Assembly: GCF_000150275.1 (NCBI RefSeq)
Contig: NW_002060945.1
Location: forward strand, 197,872-261,871
From: Trichoplax adhaerens
Lineage: Eukaryota > Animalia > Placozoa
Direction: 5' to 3'
DNA length: 64,000 bases
The translations under genes and the position numbers were made by a program. Position 1 is the first letter of the stretch; every line of letters starts with the position of its first letter. The notes under the pieces are model-generated. The model worked only from the letters and a program-made list of their open reading frames with translations. It was not told where the DNA came from and did no database searches. Below, one piece after another: positions 11,956 to 25,060 of the stretch.

Positions 11956-14900
11956 ATGCCCTCTGAATCGGCTAAAAAACGACAAGCCAAAAAGAAGCAA
12001 CAAGCCAAGGCCAGATCGAAAGGTGCAGCCAAGTCGACGAACGGCTCTGATTCTTTAAAACAGTCTACAATCGATAAAGGTTGGTCGTCTACCGGGGTCT
12101 TAGATAGCCACGCTCAATCCCGTGATATCCATATCTCCAATTTTTCTCTGACCTTTCATGGAGCGGAATTATTGACTGATACAAAATTAGAACTTAATTA
12201 TGGTAGAAGATATGGGTTAGTTGGCTTAAATGGTTGCGGTAAGTAATTTCTATCATTTTTGGTAATGGATTAAGTACTTGAATGGTGTTGCCGGGAATGA
12301 TAATCGAAAGTTTAAAAATCCATCTTTCAATTTTCACTATCGCCTTCACGACTTCATTCAATACGTAGTGGGACTACATACTGCACATACCATGATACCG
12401 TATACAGTACTGGAGCCGGAGGCCATACGGGAGTCAACTCCCTGCATAGCTGAATAGTCCACACTACTAGTGTACTACTGTACAGCACAGTAGAAGCACA
12501 CAACAGCATGAAGCGATTTTTCATTGATTCGATCACGACATTGTCACACCACTGTGAATAATGGACGGTACGTACGCGTACACGTGATCGTAATCGTACC
12601 GACAGTATGAAATAGTCTGCATGAATCGAGTTGGCTGGCCTGTCACTATAGTCTATGAATACTGCCATCGCTTTTTTGCATCAAAGTACTGTAGAATATC
12701 GACTGTTATTCAAAAAGTCTCATTCACTTTGACGTGATATTGCAATACTGTACTACTCTGCTGCAATATACTGTAGACAATATTGAAAATGAGGTTAGGA
12801 TAACTTAAGGTCGTGTTTAGATATTAACCATTTCGTGTGTGTTACTGTGTAATATCGTTTTCACAGTAATTTTAGTCCACAGAGGAATCCAGTACTATGA
12901 AAGCTTTTTATTACAAGGTTCTAAAGAATAGTACAGCAATAATTAATTACTCACAAGAATCTAGTCTAAAGTAATCTGAGCTCAATTAGATATCAAATCT
13001 TTTTCCCTCCTTTACGCTCAGATTTGTACACCTTATATACTTTTCTCTGAATCTATTTAAGGCAATAACATCGTCTACAATCAGACATGAATCATCACTA
13101 CATTTTACAGTATTAATCAAACTGCTTACAATATTATTACTTTACCATTAATGTCCAACACCGTAAGGTATTGGGCATCTTTACAATCTTAGTATTTCAA
13201 GTCGTATAACGTCCTGTACCATAATTAGTTAACAGCTATATTAGTGAATAACACTTTCTAATATAGTAGTTACCAGTCACCTAAATCTAGCTGCACAAGA
13301 ATATCTATTTTTAGAAACTTAACTATTCTAAATATAGTACACAACACAATCAAATATAGCTATCGCTACAAGCAAATATAGGGTGCATCACTACATACTG
13401 TCAGCCATTTTTAATAGTCCGTTCTGTACTGCATGTACGAGTACCGTCATCAGTCAGCGCAATTAGCAATGACTAACGATAAATTCAATTGCGGTTTTGT
13501 AATAACGTTTCAGTGTTGAAATCAAGTAAGAATCCCTCGTTAAGCGTGACAGGTTTGATAGGGTATGATACTTTGAATGGTTGATAGAACAAAGATACGA
13601 TAATGTACTTGTAAAGTTTATACTGTAGTTACATCCTGTACTGTACAGTAAATGCAACTGGTGTAGATTGTACCGGAGACTAGAGCTACTGTGCTGCCTG
13701 ATGGCTACAAACTTAGTGATTTGATATCACTTGAAGCTCTGAATTTGACAAAGTTGACGTACTATTATTCCCTGTGCAAGCTATAAATTGATTATCCATT
13801 ATTGACAGTTGACTATTCGTTGTCCTTTAGCAATGGATTGAACAATTTATGTATGATACCTACGAATGTATGTTATAGTATACAGTAGGTAGAGTTAGCA
13901 ATATTGCAATGCTAGAAAATCTCCATCTCCACGCATCATATAGAATGATTATAATATTGAAATACACTTTTATAGGTAAATCAACACTATTAGAATGTCT
14001 AACATATCGAGATATTCCAATACCGGATCATATTGATATCTATCACTTATCGGAAGAGATGGGTAAAAGCCAAAAAACCGCTATTGAAGCTGTTATGGAA
14101 GTTGACGAGGAGAGGATTAGGCTTGAACAAGAGGCAGAAAGATTAACTGCTGAACTACAAAAGGGAAATGACAGTGCTCATGATCGCATAACCGAAATTT
14201 ATGAACGTTTAGATGAATTAGATGCTGATAAGGCTGAGGTAAAAGATTACGTAAATTATTTTATGCCATACTAACTCAACACATATCTCCTGAGCATTCA
14301 TATCTATGTAATAAATGAATGCAAATTGTATTCAATCTACAGTTAATGCCATAGTGTACTATTATATTTTACTGCAAAAATAGAAAATTTTTTTATCTGC
14401 ACATTCGATCCTCGCCATGGAAAATTTCTATACGTATTTTTGTTAAGAGTATAATATACTACCTAATTGACATTATTCGAAATTGTTGCGAAGGTTAGCA
14501 AAGTATATATCCTTCGACAATGTGGTAACCTTTTACGTTATACCACAGTATTTGAATAGATGCGATAATATTATTGCGTATTGATTCATTGCTAATAAAT
14601 ATTGTAGGTGAGAGCCTCAAGAATACTACATGGGTTAGGATTTACGAGCGATATGATGAAAACCAAGACTGAAGATTTCTCCGGCGGTTGGAGGATGAGA
14701 ATTTCACTCGCCCGAGTTTTATTTGTCAGCCCAATGCTTATGCTATTAGATGAACCTACTAATCATTTAGATTTGGAAGCATGTGTATGGTTGGAAGAAG
14801 AACTAAAGAAGTATAGCAACTTCTGCTTTCTTTAAACTAATTCTGTCTTACTTTACTGTGACGAGTTGTCTTGTTTGTATTCAGGTATAAACGAATTCTA

Positions 14901-16925
14901 GTGATTATTTCACATTCTCAAGATTTTCTTAATGGAGTATGCACAAACATTATTCACATGCATGAAAATCAATTGATTAGTTACTCGGTAATTATCCATT
15001 ATATAAGCGCGTAAAGATATTTCACAAATTTTTTGAACCCAATTTTCTATCAAAATGCTACAGTAAATTATAGTAAGCTTTTCATAAAATATATTATATT
15101 TATAGGGAAATTACGATACCTATGTGCGTACCAGAGCTGAATTAGAAGAAAATCAAATGAAACGATATAACTGGGAACAAGATCAAATAGCTCATATGAA
15201 GGTTTGATATTACTGTCTAAAGCAATTTCTCCTACTATCAGGAAATCGGCTGTCTTAGAAGCTGAAAATTAAATTGAATTGGGTGTTTTTTATGTCCTTT
15301 TAAGGATTATATAGCTCGATTTGGCCACGGTAGTGCTAAACTTGCTAGGCAAGCTCAGAGTAAAGAAAAAGTTTTAGCGAAAATGGTAGCTGGTGGGTTA
15401 ACAGAAAAAGTTATTCAAGATAAGGTAATCCCTTCACTTCAACTAGTATTCAGAATTAGATATTTACTGTTAGCTGTTACTTAATCTTTCCGACATGCAT
15501 ATATAGTAGAGTAAATGCTTTTATTTTTATTAACTATTGTGCCTTCGTTTTTAATCAATTTTAAACATCAACTTTTATTCGTAGTTACTTTCATTCTACT
15601 TTCCTGAATGTGGCAAACTTGCTCCACCTGTGCTTATGGTTCAACAAGTTTCATTTCGATATTCCGATGGAAAGGTAAATCCCCGAATTATATCATGTCA
15701 TAAATTGACTGTTGTCATATAAGACAATGTACTGTGTTTGGATTTAATGACTTAACTTTAATGTTCCATATTCGCTCAATTAAGCCCTACATTTATAAAG
15801 ATCTGGAATTTGGGCTAGACCTGGAATCTCGAGTAGCTTTGGTTGGCCCGAATGGTGCTGGTAAATCTACCTTACTGAAACTGTTAGATGGAGAGGTAAC
15901 GCTCTATTGGTATAAAATCAAATCAATTTCTTATCCGATTCCAGTTTTATTGAAAGATTGTGATAGTTAAGCGAAACAAAGTCTTGATACTATGTTTACT
16001 ATCTTGACCAGTTATCACCAACAGAAGGCTTAATTAGGAAACATGGCCATTTGCGAATTGGTAGATATCACCAAGTAAGATCTCTTGAAGCGGTTAACCG
16101 TTTCATTATCCCTTATTGATATTAACTAATAAGTGAAAAAAATCTTAAATATGGTGTTATTGTGTAAATCGTAGATTTTTTTGTGGGTCATCTATGTCTT
16201 ATTTGTAATAAATTACTAGTAGGTACAGTAGTACTGCTAATGCGTGATGTTGCTGCAAGCGATACTAAGAGAATAACCTTGTACCATTTTGTAGCATTTA
16301 AAAGACCATTTGGATCTAGACTTATCAGCAGTTAAATTTTTAATGAAATGCTTCCCTGAAATCAAGGAAGTAGAAGAAATGCGAAGAGCTCTTGGACGAT
16401 ACGGTTTAACTGGGAAACAACAGGTATAGTAGATTAGTGCTTACATGCATCAAGCGTAATAAATGGTATCGTGCGGTTTTAAGTCTATTGAATCATTTGC
16501 ACCTGTACTTTACAGATGTGTCCGATAAAAAATCTTTCAGATGGCCAGCGCTGTCGCATTATATTTGCTTGGCTTTCATGGAGTAGACCACATATGTTAT
16601 TACTAGATGAACCTACTAATCACTTAGATTTAGAAACAATTGATGCCCTAGCAGCTGCTATTAATGATTTCGAAGGAGGGTTGGTGCTAGTGAGTCACGA
16701 TTTCCGATTGATAAATCAGGTAGATTATATTATTTTAATCAGAATTTATCAAATAATTATTTAGGTATTTATTTGCCATGTACATGTCTATTAAAACTTT
16801 AATGCTTTTATTTACGTTTTTAGACCGCGAAAGAGATATGGGTTTGTAAAAATGAAACCGTAACAGTTTGGAAAGATGACATTCAATCGTACAAAGCACA
16901 GTTGCGATCCTCAATTGATCTATAA
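11956..16925 (+). CDS. ABCF2: ATP-binding cassette subfamily F member 2 (12 exons: 11956-12238, 13976-14238, 14608-14810, 14885-14987, 15106-15201, 15305-15424, 15585-15674, 15785-15895, 16012-16074, 16295-16423, 16516-16719, 16824-16925)
   Basis: N-terminus [14 protein letters not shown]. Two ABC domains: [24 protein letters not shown] and [24 protein letters not shown]. Linker [24 protein letters not shown]. No transmembrane segments. All introns are GT-AG and in phase. Confidence 0.96.
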
Positions 16926-19246
16926 TACTATTTTACCCTCTAAGATATCCTGTACCGATAACAATACATAACTATATCTAAATTTTAGGTTTAAGAGGTG
17001 ATATCCAGTCCGTTCGTAAATATTGTACTATCCAATTTTCGGATACCTCGAACTTCGATTATCCACTATTCCAATATTAATAAATTACGATATTTTCAGA
17101 AAAGCTAACATATTAAATCACAAGATAGCCCTTGTATCATCGTAAATCTTAGAAAAGAAATAACAATCCTATCATGGATTAATATTTAATTTTCTTTTGT
17201 AAACATTTATTAATCATTGTTTATTGACATATTTGTTTCTACACCTCAGTAATTTGTTTTAATATTGTCTCTGGATATTTGCTCAAAAGTAGCTATTTAT
17301 ATCAATAAATTTCTTGTCTTTTTTAAGTTCTCGTAGAGAGTTTGATTTAAAAGCTTTATGATTTAATGAAAGGCATATAAATATGGTTACTGACTTCGAT
17401 TGTCACCATAGAACGATAGTAGAGATCCACTTATAACACTACATTCGAGTAAAATACGTATAGTTACTATAATTTTTACTACTCTCGGTTTAGGTCTCGC
17501 GTAAATCATACCTACACATGTATATTAAGAAAGCTTTAATACCACTGTAAGGATATTTTAACTTTTATTACTGCAGAACCGAAATTGTAGAATTTAAAGT
17601 TTTCTTTTAACCGTATCGCACTTATCAGCGACGTACTTACGTCCATATAGACTAAATCTGGTATTTCATCCTCTACCCTCTTTTATTAATCGTTTAGATA
17701 ATTATTAAACTCATGTAGTCGAGTACGTACAAATCCAGCCTTGACTACTGTAAGATTACATAATCAAATTATTATGTGCGTATATAATAAAATAATAGCT
17801 ATAATTATAAATTATTAATAAAATTCCGTACGAAAATAAAAAAGGAAGTAATAAGATGTATATGTATATGACCGTTTTCGAGTGAGTGACGTTATTAAAC
17901 TACTATTGTCCGGTCGATCACAATAGTTAGTGAAAAATGATTGCAGTTTTGTCCTTCCACAGAGCGAAAAAATGAAGTTTTTATTTACTTTTTACTGTAT
18001 TAATTAAGAAGCTATGCTAAAGAAAACTACATTTAAAATAAATTTGATTAATAGCGGAATTGTCAATTACGTATTGTTACAGATCATAATTGTAACAGTA
18101 ATGTACCTTATATTGCATCGACTATTCTAGATCGATTGTAATATTTCATCAAATTTTTAACAACTTGATGTTAAAAATGGACGCTAAAGAAGCATTAAGT
18201 GTTTTTTTATTCTATTAAATTCTCGCAATAGTACAGTATCCCTATGAACTTGCAGTTAAACATAAAACGAGAAAGTACCGGATTGCTGAAGCTAATTGCT
18301 AAATCCTTGGAGCGCAGATTATTTGAAAATGCTCACCTTTTCAGTCGGTGTAACCCTCAACTGCAAATTAAGATCAACAGTCCACTACTTACCAATTGTA
18401 AAATCAAAGCTAGCTATTTAAAATTTTTGCTACAATTGTATTACTGTGACTTGAATGAGGACAACATTTTCGTTAAAGATGTTGTCGCAAAGCAATGCAA
18501 GAAAAACCCTACAAAACGATGCATCATAGAATCTTTATTTGTTTCGGTGTAAACTGCTATGTTATAAATATTCCTTATCAAGCATGATGAAAGAAGTCTT
18601 ATATCAAATCGTTTGATTAGCACAAGAGTCTTTTTAAGATTTTTGTAATATACTTTGTGATAATAGTATGAATTCTATTAATAGAGATAAACAATATTAG
18701 GGTATTAGGTCTCGGTAAAGAAACTAACCATATAGTAACAAAAATATGTAGTATTATTCGATAAGAAATGAAATTAGTCCTAGAAATTAACTAAACAGTA
18801 AATCGTAAGTCTATGGCGTATACGTACAAGTATACGAGTAATAAGTACAGTTTATGCATATCTACTGATTATCCTACTATAGTAATTGGGTACTAAATAT
18901 GGCCAACTTCATGTATAATACATAGCCCATGAGTAGATACCGTTAGTTCATTTAATTGATATAGCTAAATCTTCCATCATTGTAACCATCATACGTATAT
19001 AATAGTCGCACTGATATAAAAGTATCGAGTTCGCACTTCATACATTATAAAGACAATTTGGATAGTTTTCGAGTTAGCCGACTATTAACCGCAGGGCTCG
19101 AGTAAACTGCATACATAATATTGAGATTATCAAAATTATATATCGTATATAACACGATAACGTTATACAAGATATTATGTTATTCTATATATTCTTATAT
19201 ATATATATATCATTCACGTAGACGCATATGCGCAGGCTTGATAGTG

Positions 19247-20491
19247 TCATGTCAGAGGTTGGGCTTCGAAGCTTAATTTTTTATCACTTAAGGAAGATCT
19301 TCTTCTAAACTCACCCCAAGCAAGATCCATCATTATTTGTAATTTGGATAATTTAAGTACATTATGCTCAGCAATAATCATGTTTATGAATGGTACAGTA
19401 TAATTATAGTCACGCCTATCAGGATAAAATACGTGGAATCGATGATTGTATACTGGTTTAACCTTAACTTTTTCCGCTAATATGCCAAGATATGCATCAT
19501 CCACCATTTTTAACAGTTTGACCGAAGGTTGTACAGATAGCATTTTAGTTACAACATCTGCAGACATAATATAAGCGAATCCAGAGCAAAAAGGTGGGAA
19601 GAAGCGCTTGCCATAATCTGAATAGGGCACGTAATATTTATGACCTTTTTTCCGTACAACTAATAACTGACCAAGTTGCTTGTTCACGCGACCGACCCAA
19701 AAATTGGTACTGTTACCCAATAACTGATAGCCAACATATTCCATTAAACGAGGTGCATTCAAGAATATATCGTCGTCTCCTTTAAATAAATAAAATGGTT
19801 TACAATAATGTTGAGCCCATTTCATTGCAAAGACAGTTTTGAGTGTTAAATTGGCGTAATTATCGGTAAAGGTACCCATAACTAAATCTTGGTAGTAACT
19901 AGCTTCTTTTTCAACTGCTTGTTGAATCTTTGTAACATTACTACGTCCAATAACAAAAACCAATCGCCAAGCGCTAGTTGTCCCAATTAAATTGTTAATT
20001 GCTGTATTATTGCCCCAAGTCATGCGAATATTTTTACGCCGTTGATGATTTGTTGGCCTTGAATTAATCACTAGAACGAGTAAATGACGGCGATCGCATG
20101 GTTTGCAGGAGTGTTGTTCGTCCAAGTAATCGATAGGAGGTTTGGGTGGAATAATTTCGTCCAAGTTGTACGTTACCGTAGTATCTACGCAAAAAGCGGT
20201 TAATTGTTGGATTCGAACACTATTACTAGAGCGTGATGTCAGCGTCGATATATTTTTTCGTGGACTAGTTGGAGCACTTTTTTGCTCGATTGAGCAACAA
20301 TTTAACTTATTATTATTATTGATTTGTTTCTCAGTCGTAATTACCCGAACAGGTGCTGACATTGTCTGGACGTTGTATAGAAAAAAGACTACGTTGAGAA
20401 TAAAAAAACCAAAAAGTAATTTAGCTGAACGCTTAGGGTTACTTGAAAAACCATTAATCATGCTGTTAAATCGTCTGTAACAGTTGTACAT
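19247..20491 (-). CDS. GT31 family beta-1,3-glycosyltransferase (Galactosyl_T domain), B3GNT-like type II Golgi membrane protein
   Basis: N-terminal signal-anchor and stem, then RRKNIRMTWG, LVFVIG, DNYANLTLKT, FKGDDDIF (DxD), PPFCSGFAY and VDDAYLG. The KGDDD and DD-x-Y motifs resemble B3GNT2/7-type enzymes. Confidence 0.93.
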   Translation of the reverse strand: MYNCYRRFNSMINGFSSNPKRSAKLLFGFFILNVVFFLYNVQTMSAPVRVITTEKQINNNNKLNCCSIEQKSAPTSPRKNISTLTSRSSNSVRIQQLTAFCVDTTVTYNLDEIIPPKPPIDYLDEQHSCKPCDRRHLLVLVINSRPTNHQRRKNIRMTWGNNTAINNLIGTTSAWRLVFVIGRSNVTKIQQAVEKEASYYQDLVMGTFTDNYANLTLKTVFAMKWAQHYCKPFYLFKGDDDIFLNAPRLMEYVGYQLLGNSTNFWVGRVNKQLGQLLVVRKKGHKYYVPYSDYGKRFFPPFCSGFAYIMSADVVTKMLSVQPSVKLLKMVDDAYLGILAEKVKVKPVYNHRFHVFYPDRRDYNYTVPFINMIIAEHNVLKLSKLQIMMDLAWGEFRRRSSLSDKKLSFEAQPLT

Positions 20492-20596
20492 ATCGCTCGA
20501 CTTAATCAGATGATGTTTTTCACTTTAACAATGAATCCGGTATTCTTGTTATTAATTGTTCCAATAGTTAGCGATGTTTCCAACTGTACTATGTCC

Positions 20597-21975
20597 CTAT
20601 GTAAAGGAAAGTGGGAAGTTAATTTAAAGTAATTTACAGTTAAGCAAGCCTAGGCCAGAAGTGTATTATAGTACAGTCTTGAGTTCGTGATTACAAGTGA
20701 ACTTGCAGTACTGTACTTCAAAAAGTAATTCGTTCTGCTCTGTTTGCTATGTAGCTTTACAGTACAAACCTCATTCATTTATAGTGCTACATTGAAACAG
20801 TCGAAAAAGGCAATTCGTTCTATTTTTGCTATATAGCTTTACAGTATAAACCTCATTCATTTATAGCGCTACATTGAAACAGTAGAAAAAAGCAATTCGT
20901 TCTATTTTTGCTATATAGCTTTACAGTATAAACCTCATTCATTTATACTCGTATGCTAAGTTTATTTAATCACGTACGGGAATTTTAAAAAATTGCTTAG
21001 TTGGATATGTCAGTTCGGTCATTTCTAGCTAATGGCTGTCTAAAATATCTAAATTCAGTCGACTATTAGACATATGACTGTAAAGTATCCTATTTTGCTA
21101 GACATCGATTGCTACACCGCATTAACCTGCATTAAGGATTAATTAGATTGGGATATTGCACTGTACTACGAGTCTAGGACACCACTAGTACAAACAAGCG
21201 TCGCTAGTAGTTAATTAAAGTATTGAAAACTCTAAAATTCGAACTCATTACCCTAATTCACTCCCAATATGGTCATTAATACATTACTTGATATGTGTGC
21301 TGTCCAATGTAAACGCTACCAACTATTTAGTGTCGAACAGAAGCATGAGTCAAAAAGTGAAGAGGTTTAACGCTCAACGTCACTACGCTATTGGGCTTCA
21401 TTAATTGTTGTCTATAACCATTGTGTTGGCCACAATTTACAGTATATAGTCAGTCAATATACAGATAAAGTAAACTATTTTTATAGCCGTTAACCAAAGT
21501 AGAAATAGAGTTTTATCTAGTAGAAGGCATTATCCGTAATCGATTTCTAGTAAATTCAACTAACATTAAATTATTCAAGGTGCGTAGACACTGCAGGGTG
21601 TCTACCTTTTAGATAGCTTTGTCCGGCAAAACGCATAACTCATGAAAGCCATTAACCATGTATAGAATTCGAGTATTGCAACTCAAAGCCCCTTTCCTGC
21701 ATCGTTTCATAACGATTGAAAAGGAAATTTTCAGCATATCCAATAGCAGTATCAATCAAGTAAGCTAAGCGTACTTTGATCTTCAATATATAGAAAGACT
21801 AGAGTAGTGAACAAGTGAGTTCGATTGACTGTTAACGATGTAGTCTACATCCTATTGATGGTCATCACGTACAGTAATAATAATTTTAGCTTCGTAAGCA
21901 CGTGTTATCTACTAGTCGTAGTGCTTCAATTTAAATCTACCACTGCTATAGCCAGTACAAGCACCTTTCCTTTAC
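20597..21975 (-). other. Putative 5' UTR intron of the GT31 gene (non-coding first exon ~21976-22300)
   Basis: Minus-strand donor caag|gtaaag at 21975 and acceptor ttcctttacatag| at 20597, about 105 nt before the ATG. A GTAC-rich promoter-like tract lies further upstream at 22340-22780. Confidence 0.45.
20728..20947. repeat. Tandem repeat, ~82 bp unit, ~2.7 copies
   Basis: aattcgttct..tttgcta(t)atagctttacagta(t/c)aaacctcattcatttatag.gctacattgaaacagt.gaaaaa.gc starts at 20728, 20812 and 20894. Confidence 0.92.
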
Positions 21976-22789
21976 CTTGATTTATGTTTTGAATAGGTAA
22001 TTGAGAATGGTATCAAAAAAATGTCATCCAAATTCAACAATTGTATCAACCGATTCAGTTAATATATTATTATCCCACTATCAATGATTGCCACTGAAAC
22101 TGGATACTAAGCATTTGCAACAATCTACTCAACATCAAAAGATTCATTTCAAGTAAGGATACTACCAATCGAATCCATACTCTTGCTACAATAAATTTCT
22201 GACCTCCTATTGATTCATCAGCTCTTTGGTCAATTTCCTAGATGGATCTTAAGACTGCACTTTCTGCTAGCCATTTTCTTTTTTATTCATCGACATTCGA
22301 TGACAGCCCTAACCTAAGTCCCAGTCAGGATTGTTTTCAATTTATATACTGTACGTATACTGTATACTCGTATGCTTTACTGTCGACTGTATTGTACTGT
22401 ACTGTATATCCAGTGTAATTAATACTACTATAGCATGAACCAATGACGCAACAATCCGTTGACTGGCGATGGAGAGGAAAGTACTGAAGTAAACTTGCGC
22501 TTGCGTACAGAGAATTTCATCTGCAAATGAGGCTAGTGGCGGACTACAGTATTGTACTGTGCGATACAGCATGATACTGTATCGTTAATTGGTGGTGCAA
22601 ACCCATAGGTTACATTATGTTTGCAATGCCATGTTTGCGCATAGGTATTATCAGCAAATGGTGTTTCAAATCAGGCTGCAGTGTACACAGTACTGTACAC
22701 TGTACACTGTACTCGCAGCAGCTTTTCTAGTACTACAATCCACCTCGAAGCATCAAGTGTTGACTAATGCTTGTACAGTACAACCACCA

Positions 22790-24385
22790 CTATGGACTAC
22801 TTGAAATTACTGGTAGTTCATGATACAGTTCTAACGAAGAGCTTTCTTTTTCATCTCATGATTAAGGAGATGAAAAAAAAGTCTACGGCAAAAATTGAGA
22901 CCATTTGCAAGCTATACTGTAATACCATGGTACCATACTACCGTATTGTAGAGGTTTCTTTTTTATCTGGTTATTACGGATAGGATCAGTAGTCTGCGCT
23001 AAAAATTGAGACCATTTCCAAGCTGGAATACCATGGTACCATACTACCGCACAGGTTTCGTTTTTATCTCGTCATTACGGATAAGATCAGTAGTCTGCGG
23101 CCAAAATTGGGACCATTTGCAAGCTGGAACACCATGGTACCTCGTAATTGCGGATAGAATGTAGTCTGCGGCAAATATTTGGACCATTTGCAAACTGTAA
23201 TACTACCATAGAGGTTTCTTTTTTATCACGTTATTACGGATAGGATCAGTAGTCTGCGCTAAAAATTGGGACCATTTCCAAGCTGGAATACCATGATACC
23301 ATACTACCGCACAGGTTTCGTTTTTATCTCGTCATTACAGATAGGATCAGTAGTCTGCGGCCAAAATTGGGACCATTTGCTAGCTGGAATACTATGGTAC
23401 CTCGTAATTGCGGATAGAATGTAGTTTGCGGCAACCATTTGCTAACTGTAATACCATGGTACCATAGCACCATACTACCGTAGAAGTTTCTTTTTTATAT
23501 CGTCGTTACGGATAGGATCAGTAATCTGCAGTAAAAATTGGGACCATTTGCCATCTATAATACCATGGTACCATACTACCGTAGAGGTTTCTTTTTCAGC
23601 TCCTAATTAAGGATATGATGTACTGTAGTCTGCGGCAAAAATTGGGACCATTTGCAAGCTGGAACACCATGGTACCTCGTAATTGCGGATAGAATGTAGT
23701 CTGCGGCAACCATTTGCAAACTGTAATACCATGGTACCATAGTACCATACTACCATAGAGGTTTCTTTTTTATCTCGTCATTACGGATAGGATCAGTAGA
23801 CTGCGGCAAAAATTGGGACCATTTGCAATCTATAATACCATGGTACCATACTACCGTAGAGGTTTCTTTTTCATCTCCTAATTAAGGATATGACGTACTG
23901 TAGTCTTCGGCAAAAATTTGGACCATTTGCAATCTATAGTACCACAGTACTATGCTACCGTAAAAGTTTCTTTATCTCGTAACTACGGACATGATCAGTA
24001 GTCTACGGCAAAAAATTGGTACCGTCTGCAATGCCGCAGTAGTACATAGACTGCTTGAAATTACTAGTAGTCCATGAGACTTCTATAGAGGTTTCTCTTT
24101 ATCTCGTAACTACTGACATGATGTAGTCTAGAGCAAAAAAATTTCCACCATTTGCAAACTGTAGCATCACAGTACTATACTACCGTAGAAATTTCTTTTT
24201 TATCTCGTACCTACGGACATGTGTAGTCTGCGGTAAAAAAAATCGACCATATTACCCGGAATTACCAAAGACTGCTTGAAACTACTAGTAGTCCATGAAA
24301 CTATCATAGACGTTTCTCTTTATCTCGTCACTACTGACATGATGTAGTCTAGGGCAAAAAAATTTATCATTTGCAATCTGTAGTC
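22790..24385. repeat. Complex satellite, ~16-17 monomers of ~70-125 bp with higher-order (trimeric) organisation
   Basis: Recurring monomer gtctRcggcaaaaattgggaccatttgcaa...taccatggtaccatactaccgtagaggtttcttttttatctcgt.attacggataggatcagta. Variant monomers recur in an ordered pattern and the ends are more diverged. Confidence 0.95.
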
Positions 24386-24599
24386 CTGTACCTGTGAGAC
24401 TGTGACATAGAATAATGAATGTTGACATCAAGATCTCGTCGCTCACAGATAGTCATAGTGTAGGCCTGCAGTAATCCTATATACAAGTCTATTTTTTAAC
24501 TGCGGTATAACTATATCATTTAAATATACTAAACTCGACAGTATATTTTCGCTATCATTATTATTTAATAATACAGCACAATAATAACAAGTATAGAAT

Positions 24600-25060
24600 G
24601 TAGAATGAGTCAACATGATTTATTGGTATCGCATATTTAGCATATACGCGTATACTATAGTACATGGACGTAGCCGTAGGGCACTTATAGCTTTTCAAAT
24701 ATACAACTAGAACACGCTCCGCTATTTGATATTGGAAAATGCTACAGTAATTGCAAGTACAGGCAGGCTGTGTCATCAGTCAACGCTGTTTGTCGGTATC
24801 GTATATTTAGCATATACGTATACTGTACTACTGTAATATATGAATGTAGCCGTAGGACACTTTTATAGCATAACTTTCAAACACATCATCACAACGCGCG
24901 CTATATCCGCTATTCTTCATTGGAAAATGTGCCAGTAATTGCAGATAAATAGAGACTATGCAGTAGAATAGGTCAATATTGCATATCGGCATCGTGTGTT
25001 TAGCGTATACAGTATTGTAGAGCAGTTCACCATATCTGCTACTTTTCATTGGAAAGTGCT
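24600..25060. repeat. Degenerate tandem repeat, ~170-190 bp, ~2.5 copies
   Basis: Blocks ggtatcg.atatttagcatatacg, gtagccgtagg.cactt and ccgctatt...attggaaaatg..cagtaattgca recur at ~24625, ~24795 and partly ~24985. Confidence 0.7.

Noticed and set aside
15675-15784. Possible minor-spliceosome intron in ABCF2 (gtaaatcccc donor, AAG acceptor)
   Set aside because: The donor does not match the U12 consensus RTATCCTT. It is an ordinary GT-AG intron with a weak acceptor.
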